The translations under genes and the position numbers were made by a program. 64,000 nucleotides of DNA from Candidatus Latescibacterota bacterium (lineage in GTDB: Bacteria; Latescibacterota; UBA2968; UBA8231). This document shows, piece after piece, positions 17,568 to 26,939 of the stretch. The notes under the pieces were generated by a model, which saw only the letters and a program-made list of their open reading frames with translations, searched no databases and was not told where the DNA came from. The stretch spans positions 384,001-448,000 of the forward strand of contig OZ241889.1 of assembly GCA_965203355.1 (NCBI GenBank). The letters run 5' to 3'. Position 1 is the first letter of the stretch; every line of letters starts with the position of its first letter.

Positions 17568-19688
17568 CTACTTGATCGCCAACCCCACTTCTCGCAGGTA
17601 TCCCTCACACTCGGCCAGCGACTCGCCAACCAGCAGCACGGTAGCAAAAGAACGGGCCTGCGCCGGATCCGTCGTAAAAAGCACCCCGCCGCTCAACTGC
17701 TTGCCATCGGGCATCAACTCGACCGGATGAGCGGCTTCCAGCGCAGCCGCACATTCAGCTAAGCCAGCGAATCCTGCCGCTGTTACCTCGCGACGGCTGA
17801 TCACCAGCCACAAGGCCGTGCGCGCCGAATTAACTGCCTGTTGCAACTTGAGCGCCACTCGCCCCATCGTCGTGCGCGGATTGACCTCCACAATTGGCTT
17901 TAGCCGCAGACGGTCGCGGTCGCGGTACACTATGGCATCCACGCCGACCGGCCCCTGATAACCAGCCGCACGCAGCGGCTCGGCGAGCCATTTGGCGAGT
18001 TGCTCGCCCAACTTCGGCAAGCGGCGGGCATCGCGGCCATCGCCGTAGAGAAATCGCTTCACTTCCCCGTCGAGGCCAGCGATAAGCGAGCCCACGAACG
18101 AGCCGCGATACTGTCCGCGTCCAGCCGTGAGAAACCGCGTCCAGCCAGCCACCGTTACCGCCCCCTCGGCACCCACGTCAAAATGCAGCGACAGATCCAC
18201 CGCCTTGTCGAGCCACGGCTCTACTACGACTCGGCCTTGCCGCCGCAAAATGTTCTCCAACCGACCGCACTGCTCCGCCCGCAGTGGTCCCCCACGGCAA
18301 TGGATTTGCCCGCGCCCCGCAGAGCCGTACATGGCCTTAATGACCACCGCGTCAAAACCCGCCTCCGCCAAGCGCTCCATCTCCGCCACGACTTGTTCTG
18401 TCTTTGTACAAGCCGTGCCAACCACATCCATCCCGCAGAAATAGTCCGCCCCCTGCGCCGCGAGAAATTCACCCAACCGCGCCGCGCTCCACGACTTGGC
18501 GTAAAGCGACCGAATCGCCGCGCTCCAGCAAAGCCCTTCCCCACCGCGAGGCAAGCCCGCGACCAACGGCGCAAACAACTCGGCACTGTCGGGGCTCCAA
18601 CCCCAGGGCCTGAGCGCGTTGACCTTGCGCTCGGCAAGCGCCGCTAGCCCATCGGTGCTGCACTCGACAAATTCCGGTATCGCAAAGCCCAATCCCTGCA
18701 TCCGCCGCAGAAAGGCCGACGAAGGCTTTTCCCCGAGAAGCACCACATCATCGCGGACGCACAGCAGCATGGGCAGTGTTTGGAAGTCGGCCTCCAACTC
18801 GGTCACCCGCGGCGATGGCGTAAGACCCGGCCGTCCCCAAGCCACTTGCTCCTCGCAGTTGGCATTGAACCAGTACACCGCCGGGCAGCGTCCTCGCGAC
18901 TGCGAGAACAACTCCAATGCGTCGATATAATCCGCAGCGAGGCCAGCTTTCAGTCGACCCGCGCGATTAAAGCCAATGCCCTTGGCCCGCGCCGGCCCCA
19001 GCGGAAAGCGCAGGGCCTGACGATAGGCGTCCCATTCGCTCAGCCCGGCTTCCTGCCATCGCCGAAACCACGTCAATCCGTGTTTGACGTGGCCGATTTC
19101 GTCGCGGTATATCCGCTCTAGAATCGCCGCAGTCTGCGGGTCGTCCAATCGCCGATAGACCTCGGCGTAGTGCCGTGCGTAATCGAGATTGGCTTGTTCG
19201 AGGGTCAGGCTCAAGCCCGTTACAAAATCCATTGGGGTCTCCATCGGCCCGATGGCTTGCCAAAAAAAATCGCCGACCGGGATCTCGCCGAATCGCACCC
19301 CAATCTCCTGCATCCGCTGCCGATAGAGCCGCACGTGTTCTTGCTCGTCTTTAAGCGTCTGCACCAAGCCGCGGCGAAACTTCTCCGGGGCCTGCGGAAA
19401 CTTGAGCAGGGCCAAGGCCATCAGCTCCAAGGCAAGCAACTCGTGATTGGCGAAAAAGTGCAAGACCAGCCCGCGCTCTTTTTCGCTGTGAAAGTGGCGC
19501 ACGTCGCGGAAACGGAGCTTTTCCCGGTGGTGCCACTCGTCCAGCCCCAAGCCGGACGGACGGCCCGGCGCACTAGGGGTCGCAATCCCCGCACCGGGCG
19601 CGCGGTCCTCGTAGCGATCGAGGACGACCAGTTTGTCTTCCCAGCGCGTTCCAAAAAGCACTTGCTCGGCGAATTGGCGAATTTCCAT
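17568..19688 (-). CDS. DUF455 ferritin-like di-iron domain fused to an ATP-grasp domain
   Basis: N-terminal FANHELLALE, DEQEH, LEQANLD and DEIGH. C-terminal VIKAMYGSAGRG, VVEPWL, GPVGVDA and VEVNPRTTMG. Confidence 0.75.
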   Translation of the reverse strand: MEIRQFAEQVLFGTRWEDKLVVLDRYEDRAPGAGIATPSAPGRPSGLGLDEWHHREKLRFRDVRHFHSEKERGLVLHFFANHELLALELMALALLKFPQAPEKFRRGLVQTLKDEQEHVRLYRQRMQEIGVRFGEIPVGDFFWQAIGPMETPMDFVTGLSLTLEQANLDYARHYAEVYRRLDDPQTAAILERIYRDEIGHVKHGLTWFRRWQEAGLSEWDAYRQALRFPLGPARAKGIGFNRAGRLKAGLAADYIDALELFSQSRGRCPAVYWFNANCEEQVAWGRPGLTPSPRVTELEADFQTLPMLLCVRDDVVLLGEKPSSAFLRRMQGLGFAIPEFVECSTDGLAALAERKVNALRPWGWSPDSAELFAPLVAGLPRGGEGLCWSAAIRSLYAKSWSAARLGEFLAAQGADYFCGMDVVGTACTKTEQVVAEMERLAEAGFDAVVIKAMYGSAGRGQIHCRGGPLRAEQCGRLENILRRQGRVVVEPWLDKAVDLSLHFDVGAEGAVTVAGWTRFLTAGRGQYRGSFVGSLIAGLDGEVKRFLYGDGRDARRLPKLGEQLAKWLAEPLRAAGYQGPVGVDAIVYRDRDRLRLKPIVEVNPRTTMGRVALKLQQAVNSARTALWLVISRREVTAAGFAGLAECAAALEAAHPVELMPDGKQLSGGVLFTTDPAQARSFATVLLVGESLAECEGYLREVGLAIK

Positions 19689-19732
19689 AGATCCAATATA
19701 ACGAACTGACGGTATCCACTCCCCTGCGCTTC

Positions 19733-19779
19733 GCTCAGCACGACAGATACTGCCGCGTTCCCTTCTTGTCATACTGAGC
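19733..19779. repeat. Degenerate REP-like inverted repeat
   Basis: gctcagcacgaca / tgtcatactgagc, 11 of 13 complementary. Resembles the GTCATCCTGAGC...GCTCAGGATGAC palindrome family. Confidence 0.45.
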
Positions 19780-19888
19780 CTAAGCGGAACATCTCAACCC
19801 AAACCCATCCGTTCATTATCCTCGTCTTGACACTCGCCCCAACTCGCCGTATCTATCCCACCTCACCGCTTCCAAAAGGAGTTTTCCC

Positions 19889-21139
19889 ATGCAGGTCCAA
19901 TCCGTCGAAATCATCCACTTAGACGTTCCGTTTACCGACCACACCAATCAGCACATGCAGTACTGGCTACCGCATTGGCGCATCGTCCAACTCTGTAAAA
20001 TCACCCTCGCCGACGGCACCATCGGCTGGGGCGAGACCATTCCCAACTACACGTGGGCTAAAGTCCCGGAAGACATCGAAGACCGCATCGTCGGCCGCGC
20101 GGTCGGTGACTTGCTGTGGCAGGATGCGCTGGGGGCTGGGGTCCAACAGGCACTTTTCGACGCAGTGGGCAAGGTCTTGGGTTGCCCGGCCTACCGCCTG
20201 TTGGGCACCAAGGTCCGCACGTGGTGCCCGCTGTCGTGGTGGGCGATCGACATGCCAGCCGCAGACTGGGCGCGCCAATGTGCCGACGCGGTCGCGCAGG
20301 GCTATACCACCGCCAAGCTCAAGGCGCGGACTTGGTTCGATCTACACGCCGGCATCCAAGCCATCGTCGAGGCCGTCCCGCCGCAGTTCAAGCTCGACTT
20401 GGACTTCAACGGCACGCTCGCCAACGCCGCCAGTGCGGTCGAGTTTTTATCGACCTTGGAGCAATACCCACAGGTGGCCATGATTGAGACGCCGATCCCC
20501 CAATCCGATGTAGCCGGCAACGCCCAAATCCGCAACCACATCCACCGCCCGCTCGCCATGCACTACGGCTCGCCGCCGATCCTCACCACCCTGCAAGAAG
20601 ACGTCGCCGACGGCTTTGTCGTCTGCGCTGGGGCCCACGGCGTCGCCCAGCAATCCGCCGTCGCCGACGTGGCCAATAAGCCCTTCTGGCTCCAACTCGT
20701 CGGCACGGGCATTACCACTACGTGGGCGGCTCACTTGGGCGCGGTCTGTCCCCAGAGCAAGTGGCCGGCCATTACCTGCATGAACATCTGGGAGAGCCAA
20801 CTGTTGGCCGATCCCATTCAACTGCGCGGCGGTTACTACCGAGTCCCAGAACGACCCGGCCTCGGCATTGAGATGGACCGCCAAGCCATAGAGCAATATC
20901 GGGTGGATTACAGTTGGGTCGATCCGCCCCGCCACGTCTATCGCTACGCCCGCGCCAATGGCGAAGTCGCCTACTACGGCTGCTCCAAGCAGGCCCTCCA
21001 CAACGCGTACCCCCGCGACGCCATGCCCGTCTGCGAAAGCGGCTCCGAATGCCTCCCGGTCGAAGACGACGGCAGCCGCGAGTTCGCCCAGATTTACCAA
21101 GCCGTGCAGGATGGAGAGACGTTGAGAAGGGTAGAGTAG
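19889..21139 (+). CDS. Mandelate racemase / muconate lactonizing enzyme (enolase superfamily)
   Basis: Motifs GWGE, ALFDAVGK, KLK, DLDFN, IETP and PGLGIE. RBS aaggag; TTGACA at 19827. Confidence 0.85.
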   Translation: MQVQSVEIIHLDVPFTDHTNQHMQYWLPHWRIVQLCKITLADGTIGWGETIPNYTWAKVPEDIEDRIVGRAVGDLLWQDALGAGVQQALFDAVGKVLGCPAYRLLGTKVRTWCPLSWWAIDMPAADWARQCADAVAQGYTTAKLKARTWFDLHAGIQAIVEAVPPQFKLDLDFNGTLANAASAVEFLSTLEQYPQVAMIETPIPQSDVAGNAQIRNHIHRPLAMHYGSPPILTTLQEDVADGFVVCAGAHGVAQQSAVADVANKPFWLQLVGTGITTTWAAHLGAVCPQSKWPAITCMNIWESQLLADPIQLRGGYYRVPERPGLGIEMDRQAIEQYRVDYSWVDPPRHVYRYARANGEVAYYGCSKQALHNAYPRDAMPVCESGSECLPVEDDGSREFAQIYQAVQDGETLRRVE

Positions 21140-21168
21140 GCCAAGGCCGCGCCGCGTGGCTTCCGTTG

Positions 21169-22092
21169 CTACGCATCGGTGGCGCCGCCCAGCGCACTGG
21201 CTATGGCCTCGCGCACCCCTCGAAGCCGAATATGCGGGAACGTTTGCCGAGCGGCGTTGTCGCGGACGACCGTCGGGTGGCGAATGCTGTCGATCAGCTT
21301 CCGCCCAACTCGGGCGTACAGGGGCGTCACCAGACCGAGCCAGAGGCTAGAAAGACGCGGCGTCAGCAATGGCACGGGAATCATCAGCCGCCTAAGCCGA
21401 CGCTGCCGCGCGTATTCTCGCATCAGGTCGCCATAAGAAACCAAATCAGGACCGCCGATTTCAAAAATCGCCTGCGTGTCGGTCTTGAGGTCGAGTGCGG
21501 CCGAGAGATATTGCAGCAGATCGTCAATCGCTATCGGCTGGGCCGTGACGTTTACCCAACGCGGCGTGATCATCACCGGGATCCGCTCCACTAGCGCACG
21601 AATCATTTCAAACGACAGACTGCCAGAACCAATGACAATCGAGGCGCGAAACTCGACGATCTGCACCCCCGATGCCCGCAAGACGCCGGCAACTTCCTGT
21701 CGGCTTCTAAGATGCGGGGACAGCCCGCCACCCGTTTCGCCGAGACCGCCGAGATAGATGATCCGCCCGACGCCGGCGCACCGCGCCTCTTGGCCAAAGT
21801 TGTGCGCGGCCCGGCGATCCTGTTCCTCGAAATCGCCCTTTGAACCCATGGAGTGGACCAGGTAGTAGGCCGTCTCGACGCCGTCCATGGTCCCTTTGAG
21901 GCTTTCCTGGTCGAGGACGTTACCGCTGATCACCTCGGTCGTTGGCGCAACGCAAAATTGGAGTGCCTCGGGACGCCGAGTTATACAGCGCACCCGATGT
22001 CCCTCGTTTTGCAACACGCGCAACAGCCGCCCGCCGATGTAGCCGGTCGCGCCCGTCAAGAGAATGGGCGAAGTCGTCGTCGATGTAGGCAT
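21169..22092 (-). CDS. NAD(P)-binding atypical SDR (YbjT-like), lacking the C-terminal DUF2867 domain
   Basis: Motifs LLTGATGYIG, AYYLVHSM, IIYLGG, HLRSR and SGSLSFEM. Confidence 0.82.
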   Translation of the reverse strand: MPTSTTTSPILLTGATGYIGGRLLRVLQNEGHRVRCITRRPEALQFCVAPTTEVISGNVLDQESLKGTMDGVETAYYLVHSMGSKGDFEEQDRRAAHNFGQEARCAGVGRIIYLGGLGETGGGLSPHLRSRQEVAGVLRASGVQIVEFRASIVIGSGSLSFEMIRALVERIPVMITPRWVNVTAQPIAIDDLLQYLSAALDLKTDTQAIFEIGGPDLVSYGDLMREYARQRRLRRLMIPVPLLTPRLSSLWLGLVTPLYARVGRKLIDSIRHPTVVRDNAARQTFPHIRLRGVREAIASALGGATDA

Positions 22093-22259
22093 TGGTTCCC
22101 ATTTCGCGCATTGGACTGTGCGTCGTCATCTTTCACAACAACTTGACGACAACACTTTTCATTCATCGCGGCGGGCCAAGTCTCGGCCGTTTCTCGCCCA
22201 GCCTGTAGCTGACAATCGCCCCGCCCGCTAGCCAGCACCCGACCGACGACCGCTATTCA

Positions 22260-23135
22260 TCAATCTAGGTACTTTCCGTAAAGCGCACGAAGCCGCTCCT
22301 TCGCCTCTGGAGGAATCACCGCCGGGTCGGTGATGATGGCGTTTTCGGCCGCGCGCAAACAAGAACAAGTGGATTTGCACGGCAGGCGCGTGGCAACCTC
22401 GGCGACGATCTGCACAGCCAAGGCACTGTTGGCCCGTAGCACCGCTAGCACGCGCTCGATGCTCACGTCTTCTTCCTCCTCGTGCCAGCAGTCGTAGTCC
22501 GTGCCCATCGCCAGCAGCGCGTAACACATTTCTGCCTCGCGCGCCAGCTTGGCCTCGGGCAGAGCGGTCATGCCGATCACAGCCGCGCCCACGGCGTTGC
22601 GGTAGAAATGCGACTCAGCGCGCGTGGAAAAGGCCGGCCCCTCCATGCAGAGGTACGTGCCGCGCGCGTGGACGTTGGCATCCGCCGCCTGAGCCGCAGC
22701 AATGACCACGCCCCGCAACTCCTCGCAGAACGGATCGGCAAACATCACATGGCCGGCGATCCCGTCGCCGAAAAACGTCGCTGGGCGTTGCCCGCGGGTG
22801 CGATCGAAAATCTGGTCGGGTACGATCAGATCCCCAGGCCGGATCGCTTCCTGCATGATGCCGCAGGCGCTGATGGCCAAAACGTGGTTCACCCCTAACT
22901 GCTTGAATGCGTGGATATTGGCACGCGAGGGTACTTCGCTCGGCAGCAGCCGATGTCCCCGGCCATGGCGCGGCAGGAAAAGCACGGTGCGCCCGCCAAT
23001 GCGCGCCTCGACGACAGCGTCCGAGGGGGCGCCAAAAGGCGTGTCCAACCAGTGCTCGGCAACCGTTTCAACCCCTTCTATGTGGTACAACCCGGACCCG
23101 CCAATGACGCCCAACATTGCGGCTTGACTCATCAT
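22260..23135 (-). CDS. mtnP: S-methyl-5'-thioadenosine phosphorylase
   Basis: Motifs GVIGGSGLY, PRHGRGH, EGPAFSTRAES, GMT..PEAKLAREAE and TDYDCW. Confidence 0.92.
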   Translation of the reverse strand: MMSQAAMLGVIGGSGLYHIEGVETVAEHWLDTPFGAPSDAVVEARIGGRTVLFLPRHGRGHRLLPSEVPSRANIHAFKQLGVNHVLAISACGIMQEAIRPGDLIVPDQIFDRTRGQRPATFFGDGIAGHVMFADPFCEELRGVVIAAAQAADANVHARGTYLCMEGPAFSTRAESHFYRNAVGAAVIGMTALPEAKLAREAEMCYALLAMGTDYDCWHEEEEDVSIERVLAVLRANSALAVQIVAEVATRLPCKSTCSCLRAAENAIITDPAVIPPEAKERLRALYGKYLD

Positions 23136-23185
23136 CGTCTCCTGTGCGAATGCAAGTGCCCGATAGCACCCCTATATTATACGAC

Positions 23186-25546
23186 ATGCCCCCGCGCCTA
23201 CTCAAAACCTCAGTGCGCGAACTCGTCGGCTTCGTGCTGCGCTCTGGCGATCTGGTTTCCGGTGGCTTTGCTCGCCCCGACCGCCTAGTGGAAGGTACGC
23301 GCGGCCACCAGCAGATCCAGCGCACCCGCCCGGCCGACTATCAGGCGGAAGTCCCTATCTCGTATCTCGTCGAGACCGACGAAATCGCCCTCGAAATAAG
23401 CGGTCGTCTAGACGGCCTGCTCATCGCAGAAGACGCCGTGCTCGTCGAGGAAATAAAAACCACCGAGGCCGACCTCGACGCGGTCCCTGAAAACCCGGCG
23501 CATTGGGCACAGGCCAAGCTCTACGCCTTTATGGTCGCCGAGCAAAGCGGCCTCGACGCCATCGACGTCCAGCTAACCTATCTTCAGTTAGATACCTACG
23601 AGCACCGCGCGGACCGTCGCACCTTTGCGTCCGACGAACTGGCGGCGTTTTGCGCCGACCTCATCGAGCGTTACCTGCACTGGGCGCGCATTTACCAACA
23701 GTGGTGCGCCGAGCGCGATTCTGCGCTGGCGGAGTTCAAATTTCCCTTCGCCGAGTTCCGGCCCGGCCAGCGCGACCTAGCCGCGGCCACCTATCGCACT
23801 ATCGACGGCCGCGGTCGAGCTTTTGCCCAAGCACCCACCGGCATCGGCAAAACCATCTCGACCTTGTTCCCAGCCGCCAAGGCGCTCGGCTTGGGCCATG
23901 CTGAAAAAATCTTCTACCTTACGGCCAAAACTAGCGGACGCCGGGTCGCCGAAAAGGCCATTGACGACCTGCGCGGGGGCGGCGCACAGCTCAAGAGCCT
24001 GACGCTAACGGCACGCGACAAGATCTGCTTCAAACCCAACGGCGGCAGCACCTGCGACCCCGATCAATGCGAGTTCGCACGCGGCTATTACGACCGCATC
24101 AACGACGCACTCGAAGACATCTTCACGCGCGACGCCTTCACCCGACCCCTCATCGAGGAATGCGCCCAAAAGCACGCCGTCTGCCCCTTTGAACTCTCGC
24201 TCGACCTCGCGCCGTGGTGCGACGTCATCATCTGCGATTACAACTACGTCTTCGATCCACGCGCCTTCCTCAAGCGCTTTTTCCAAGACGCCAAGGGGCA
24301 ATACGCTTTCTTGATTGACGAGGCGCACAATCTCGTCGATCGGGCGCGCGAGATGTTTTCGGCCAGCTTGTGCAAGTCCGAGATCGCCGGGCTCAAGCGC
24401 TTAGTCGGCAAGACGCATCCCGACTTGGGCAAACAGCTCGACGCCCTCAATCGCTACCTTGCCAAGCTCGGCAAGAAGGTTGAGCAGGAAGGCGATAGCG
24501 CGTGTTGGGTCAGCCCACAATTGCCAACGGATCTGATGGCCCGGGTCCACCACGTTCTCCGCGCCGCCGAGAAAGTCCTAGAGCAGGGTGCGGCCTGGCC
24601 CTTTTGGGACGAATTGATCGAATGCTACTTTCGGGTGTTGGGCTTTGAGCGCATCGGCGAGCTTTTCGACGATCACTACACCACGTACACCGAAAAACAG
24701 GGGCGGGATATTTGCTTCCGGCTCTTCTGCCTCGACCCAGCGCACAATATCCGCCAAGCCCTAGAACGCGGCTGTGCGGCCGTATTTTTCTCGGCTACGC
24801 TCTCGCCGCTGCCGTACTTCCGCGACCTGCTCGGCGGCGAGGAGGGGGATACCTTGCTGAGCCTTGGTTCGCCCTTCCCGCCCGAACACCTGCGCCTGCT
24901 GCTGGCCGACCACATTGAGACGACGTACAAAAAGCGCGGCCAAAGCTACGACGACATCGCCGAGTCCATCGCCGCCCTCGTCAGCCAGCGCTTAGGCAAT
25001 TACCTCGCCTTTTTTCCTTCGTACAAATACATGGAGGAGGTGGCGACGCGCTTTGCCGCGGCGCACCCGGGCATCGACCTGCTCGTCCAAGAAAGCGGCA
25101 TGTCCGACCGCCAACGCGAGGCGTTTCTGGCCGCCTTCGACGCCGAACGGCACACCGTGGGTTTCGCAGTGATGGGCGGCGTCTTCAGCGAGGGCATCGA
25201 TTTAGTCGGCGAGCGGCTGGTCGGGGCCGTGGTCGTCGGCGTTGGGCTGCCGCAGTTGTGCTTGGAGCGCGATCTGATCCGCCGCTATTTCGACGAGCGC
25301 GAGATTCCCGGCTTCGCGTACGCCTACGTTTATCCGGGCATGAACCGCGTGTTGCAAGCCGCTGGCCGCGTCATCCGCACCGCGAGCGACCGCGGGGCGA
25401 TTCTCCTCGTCGATCGCCGCTTTGCCCAAAGCCGCTACCGCCAGCTTTTCCCCTCCTCCTGGCACCCAGTGCGTTCCGTCCGCAATCCAGCCCACATCGC
25501 CCAATCGCTGGCCGAATTTTGGCAACATGACCCCGCGCACACTTAG
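23186..25546 (+). CDS. DinG/XPD (Rad3-like) Fe-S DNA helicase with N-terminal PD-(D/E)XK nuclease domain
   Basis: Nuclease motifs GRLDGL..EEIKT..AQAKLY. Walker A APTGIGKT, four Cys, DEAHN, SATL, SEGID and QAAGRVIR. Confidence 0.88.
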   Translation: MPPRLLKTSVRELVGFVLRSGDLVSGGFARPDRLVEGTRGHQQIQRTRPADYQAEVPISYLVETDEIALEISGRLDGLLIAEDAVLVEEIKTTEADLDAVPENPAHWAQAKLYAFMVAEQSGLDAIDVQLTYLQLDTYEHRADRRTFASDELAAFCADLIERYLHWARIYQQWCAERDSALAEFKFPFAEFRPGQRDLAAATYRTIDGRGRAFAQAPTGIGKTISTLFPAAKALGLGHAEKIFYLTAKTSGRRVAEKAIDDLRGGGAQLKSLTLTARDKICFKPNGGSTCDPDQCEFARGYYDRINDALEDIFTRDAFTRPLIEECAQKHAVCPFELSLDLAPWCDVIICDYNYVFDPRAFLKRFFQDAKGQYAFLIDEAHNLVDRAREMFSASLCKSEIAGLKRLVGKTHPDLGKQLDALNRYLAKLGKKVEQEGDSACWVSPQLPTDLMARVHHVLRAAEKVLEQGAAWPFWDELIECYFRVLGFERIGELFDDHYTTYTEKQGRDICFRLFCLDPAHNIRQALERGCAAVFFSATLSPLPYFRDLLGGEEGDTLLSLGSPFPPEHLRLLLADHIETTYKKRGQSYDDIAESIAALVSQRLGNYLAFFPSYKYMEEVATRFAAAHPGIDLLVQESGMSDRQREAFLAAFDAERHTVGFAVMGGVFSEGIDLVGERLVGAVVVGVGLPQLCLERDLIRRYFDEREIPGFAYAYVYPGMNRVLQAAGRVIRTASDRGAILLVDRRFAQSRYRQLFPSSWHPVRSVRNPAHIAQSLAEFWQHDPAHT

Positions 25547-26276
25547 CATCGCCCTGCTTTTGCTCTGCCCCGCGCTAGCCGCGGCCCAAAGCGTGTTCGC
25601 CGCCGCCAGCCTGAGTTCTGCGCTCACCGAGCTAACCGCTCACTACGAAGGGATGCACCTGTCCGTTGCCAGCTCTTCGACCTTGGCCAAACAAATTGCC
25701 GCCGGTGCGCCAGCCGACATTTACCTTTCCGCCAATGCCGAGTGGATGGACTATCTCCAAGTGCGCCAGCACATCGAGCAGGACACCCGCGTCGATCTCC
25801 TCGGCAACGCCCTCGTGGTTATCGCACCTGCGAAGGAGCCTTTCGCCATCCGCTGGGCCAGGGACTTCGACTTTGCCGGTGCTTTCGCTGGCCGCTTGGC
25901 CCTCGGCGACCCGGATCACGTCCCGGCCGGCCAGTACGCCCGCCAAGCCCTAGCGAGATTGGGCTGGTGGCCGATGCTCAAAAGCCGCATCGCACCCGCG
26001 CCCGACGTCCGCGCCGCCCTGGTGTACGTCGAGCGCGGAGAGTGCGCCGCTGGGCTGGTGTACGCCACCGACGCCACCCAAAGCGACCGCGTAACAACCT
26101 TAGCCACCGTACCGGACTCACTACACCATCCCATCGTCTATCCAGCCGCCATCGTCAAGGGCCGCGCCAGTGCGCCAACCCGCCGCCTGCTGGCGTTTTT
26201 TGGCTCGGATACGGCCGCCGATATTTTCCGCAAACACGGCTTCAGCTTTTTGGGCAACCAACGTGTTCAGCGCTGA
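25527..26276 (+). CDS. modA: Molybdate ABC transporter substrate-binding protein
   Basis: Motifs FAAASL, SSSTLAKQI, GDPDHVPAGQYA and VYATDA. Confidence 0.92.
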   Translation: MTPRTLSIALLLLCPALAAAQSVFAAASLSSALTELTAHYEGMHLSVASSSTLAKQIAAGAPADIYLSANAEWMDYLQVRQHIEQDTRVDLLGNALVVIAPAKEPFAIRWARDFDFAGAFAGRLALGDPDHVPAGQYARQALARLGWWPMLKSRIAPAPDVRAALVYVERGECAAGLVYATDATQSDRVTTLATVPDSLHHPIVYPAAIVKGRASAPTRRLLAFFGSDTAADIFRKHGFSFLGNQRVQR

Positions 26277-26937
26277 GGAAGTGCAAGTCCTGTTGCTCTC
26301 GCTGCGCGTGGCTTTTTGCTGCGTGTTGCTGAGCCTGTTGCCGGCCGTGTTGCTGGGCTGGCTGCTAGCCCGGCGGGAGTTTCCGCTCAAGATCGCACTC
26401 GACGGCCTCTGCCACTTGCCGCTGGTCCTGCCGCCGGTGGTCACGGGTTATCTGCTCCTGTTGCTCTTTGGTCGCCGCGGTCTCTTCGGCCCGGTGCTCG
26501 CCGCGCTCGACCTCCAGTTGGCCTTCGACTGGAAGGGCGCGGTGCTGGCCTCGGCCGTGGTCGGCTTTCCCCTGATGTTGCGCTCGGTGCGCCTCGGCAT
26601 TGAGAGCGTGGACCCGCGCCTAGAGCGGGTCGCCCGCACCCTTGGGGCGGGTCCGCTGCGGGCCTTTCTGACCGTGACCTTGCGCCTCGCCGCGCCCGGT
26701 CTGCTGGTCGGCTCGCTGCTGAGCTTTGCCCGCTCCTTGGGCGAATTCGGCGCGACCATCACCTTTGCCGCCAACATCGCCGGGCAGACCCGCACCATTC
26801 CCTCGGCCATTTACACGCACCTCAACCAACCGGACGGAGAAAGCCGCGTCGTCGGGCTAATCGCGATCTCGGTCGCCCTCTCGCTGCTGGCCCTCGTGGC
26901 CAGCGAGTGGTCGGCCCGTCGCCTGCGCTCGAGTTAG
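26263..26937 (+). CDS. modB: Molybdate ABC transporter permease
   Basis: Motifs LPLVLPPVVTG and FARSLGEFGAT. Confidence 0.92.
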   Translation: MFSAEEVQVLLLSLRVAFCCVLLSLLPAVLLGWLLARREFPLKIALDGLCHLPLVLPPVVTGYLLLLLFGRRGLFGPVLAALDLQLAFDWKGAVLASAVVGFPLMLRSVRLGIESVDPRLERVARTLGAGPLRAFLTVTLRLAAPGLLVGSLLSFARSLGEFGATITFAANIAGQTRTIPSAIYTHLNQPDGESRVVGLIAISVALSLLALVASEWSARRLRSS

Positions 26938-26939
26938 CC

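Noticed and set aside
23186-23700. Cas4-like nuclease / CasDinG as evidence of a CRISPR system
   Set aside because: The domain is fused to a housekeeping-type XPD/DinG helicase, and no array or other cas genes are in the window.
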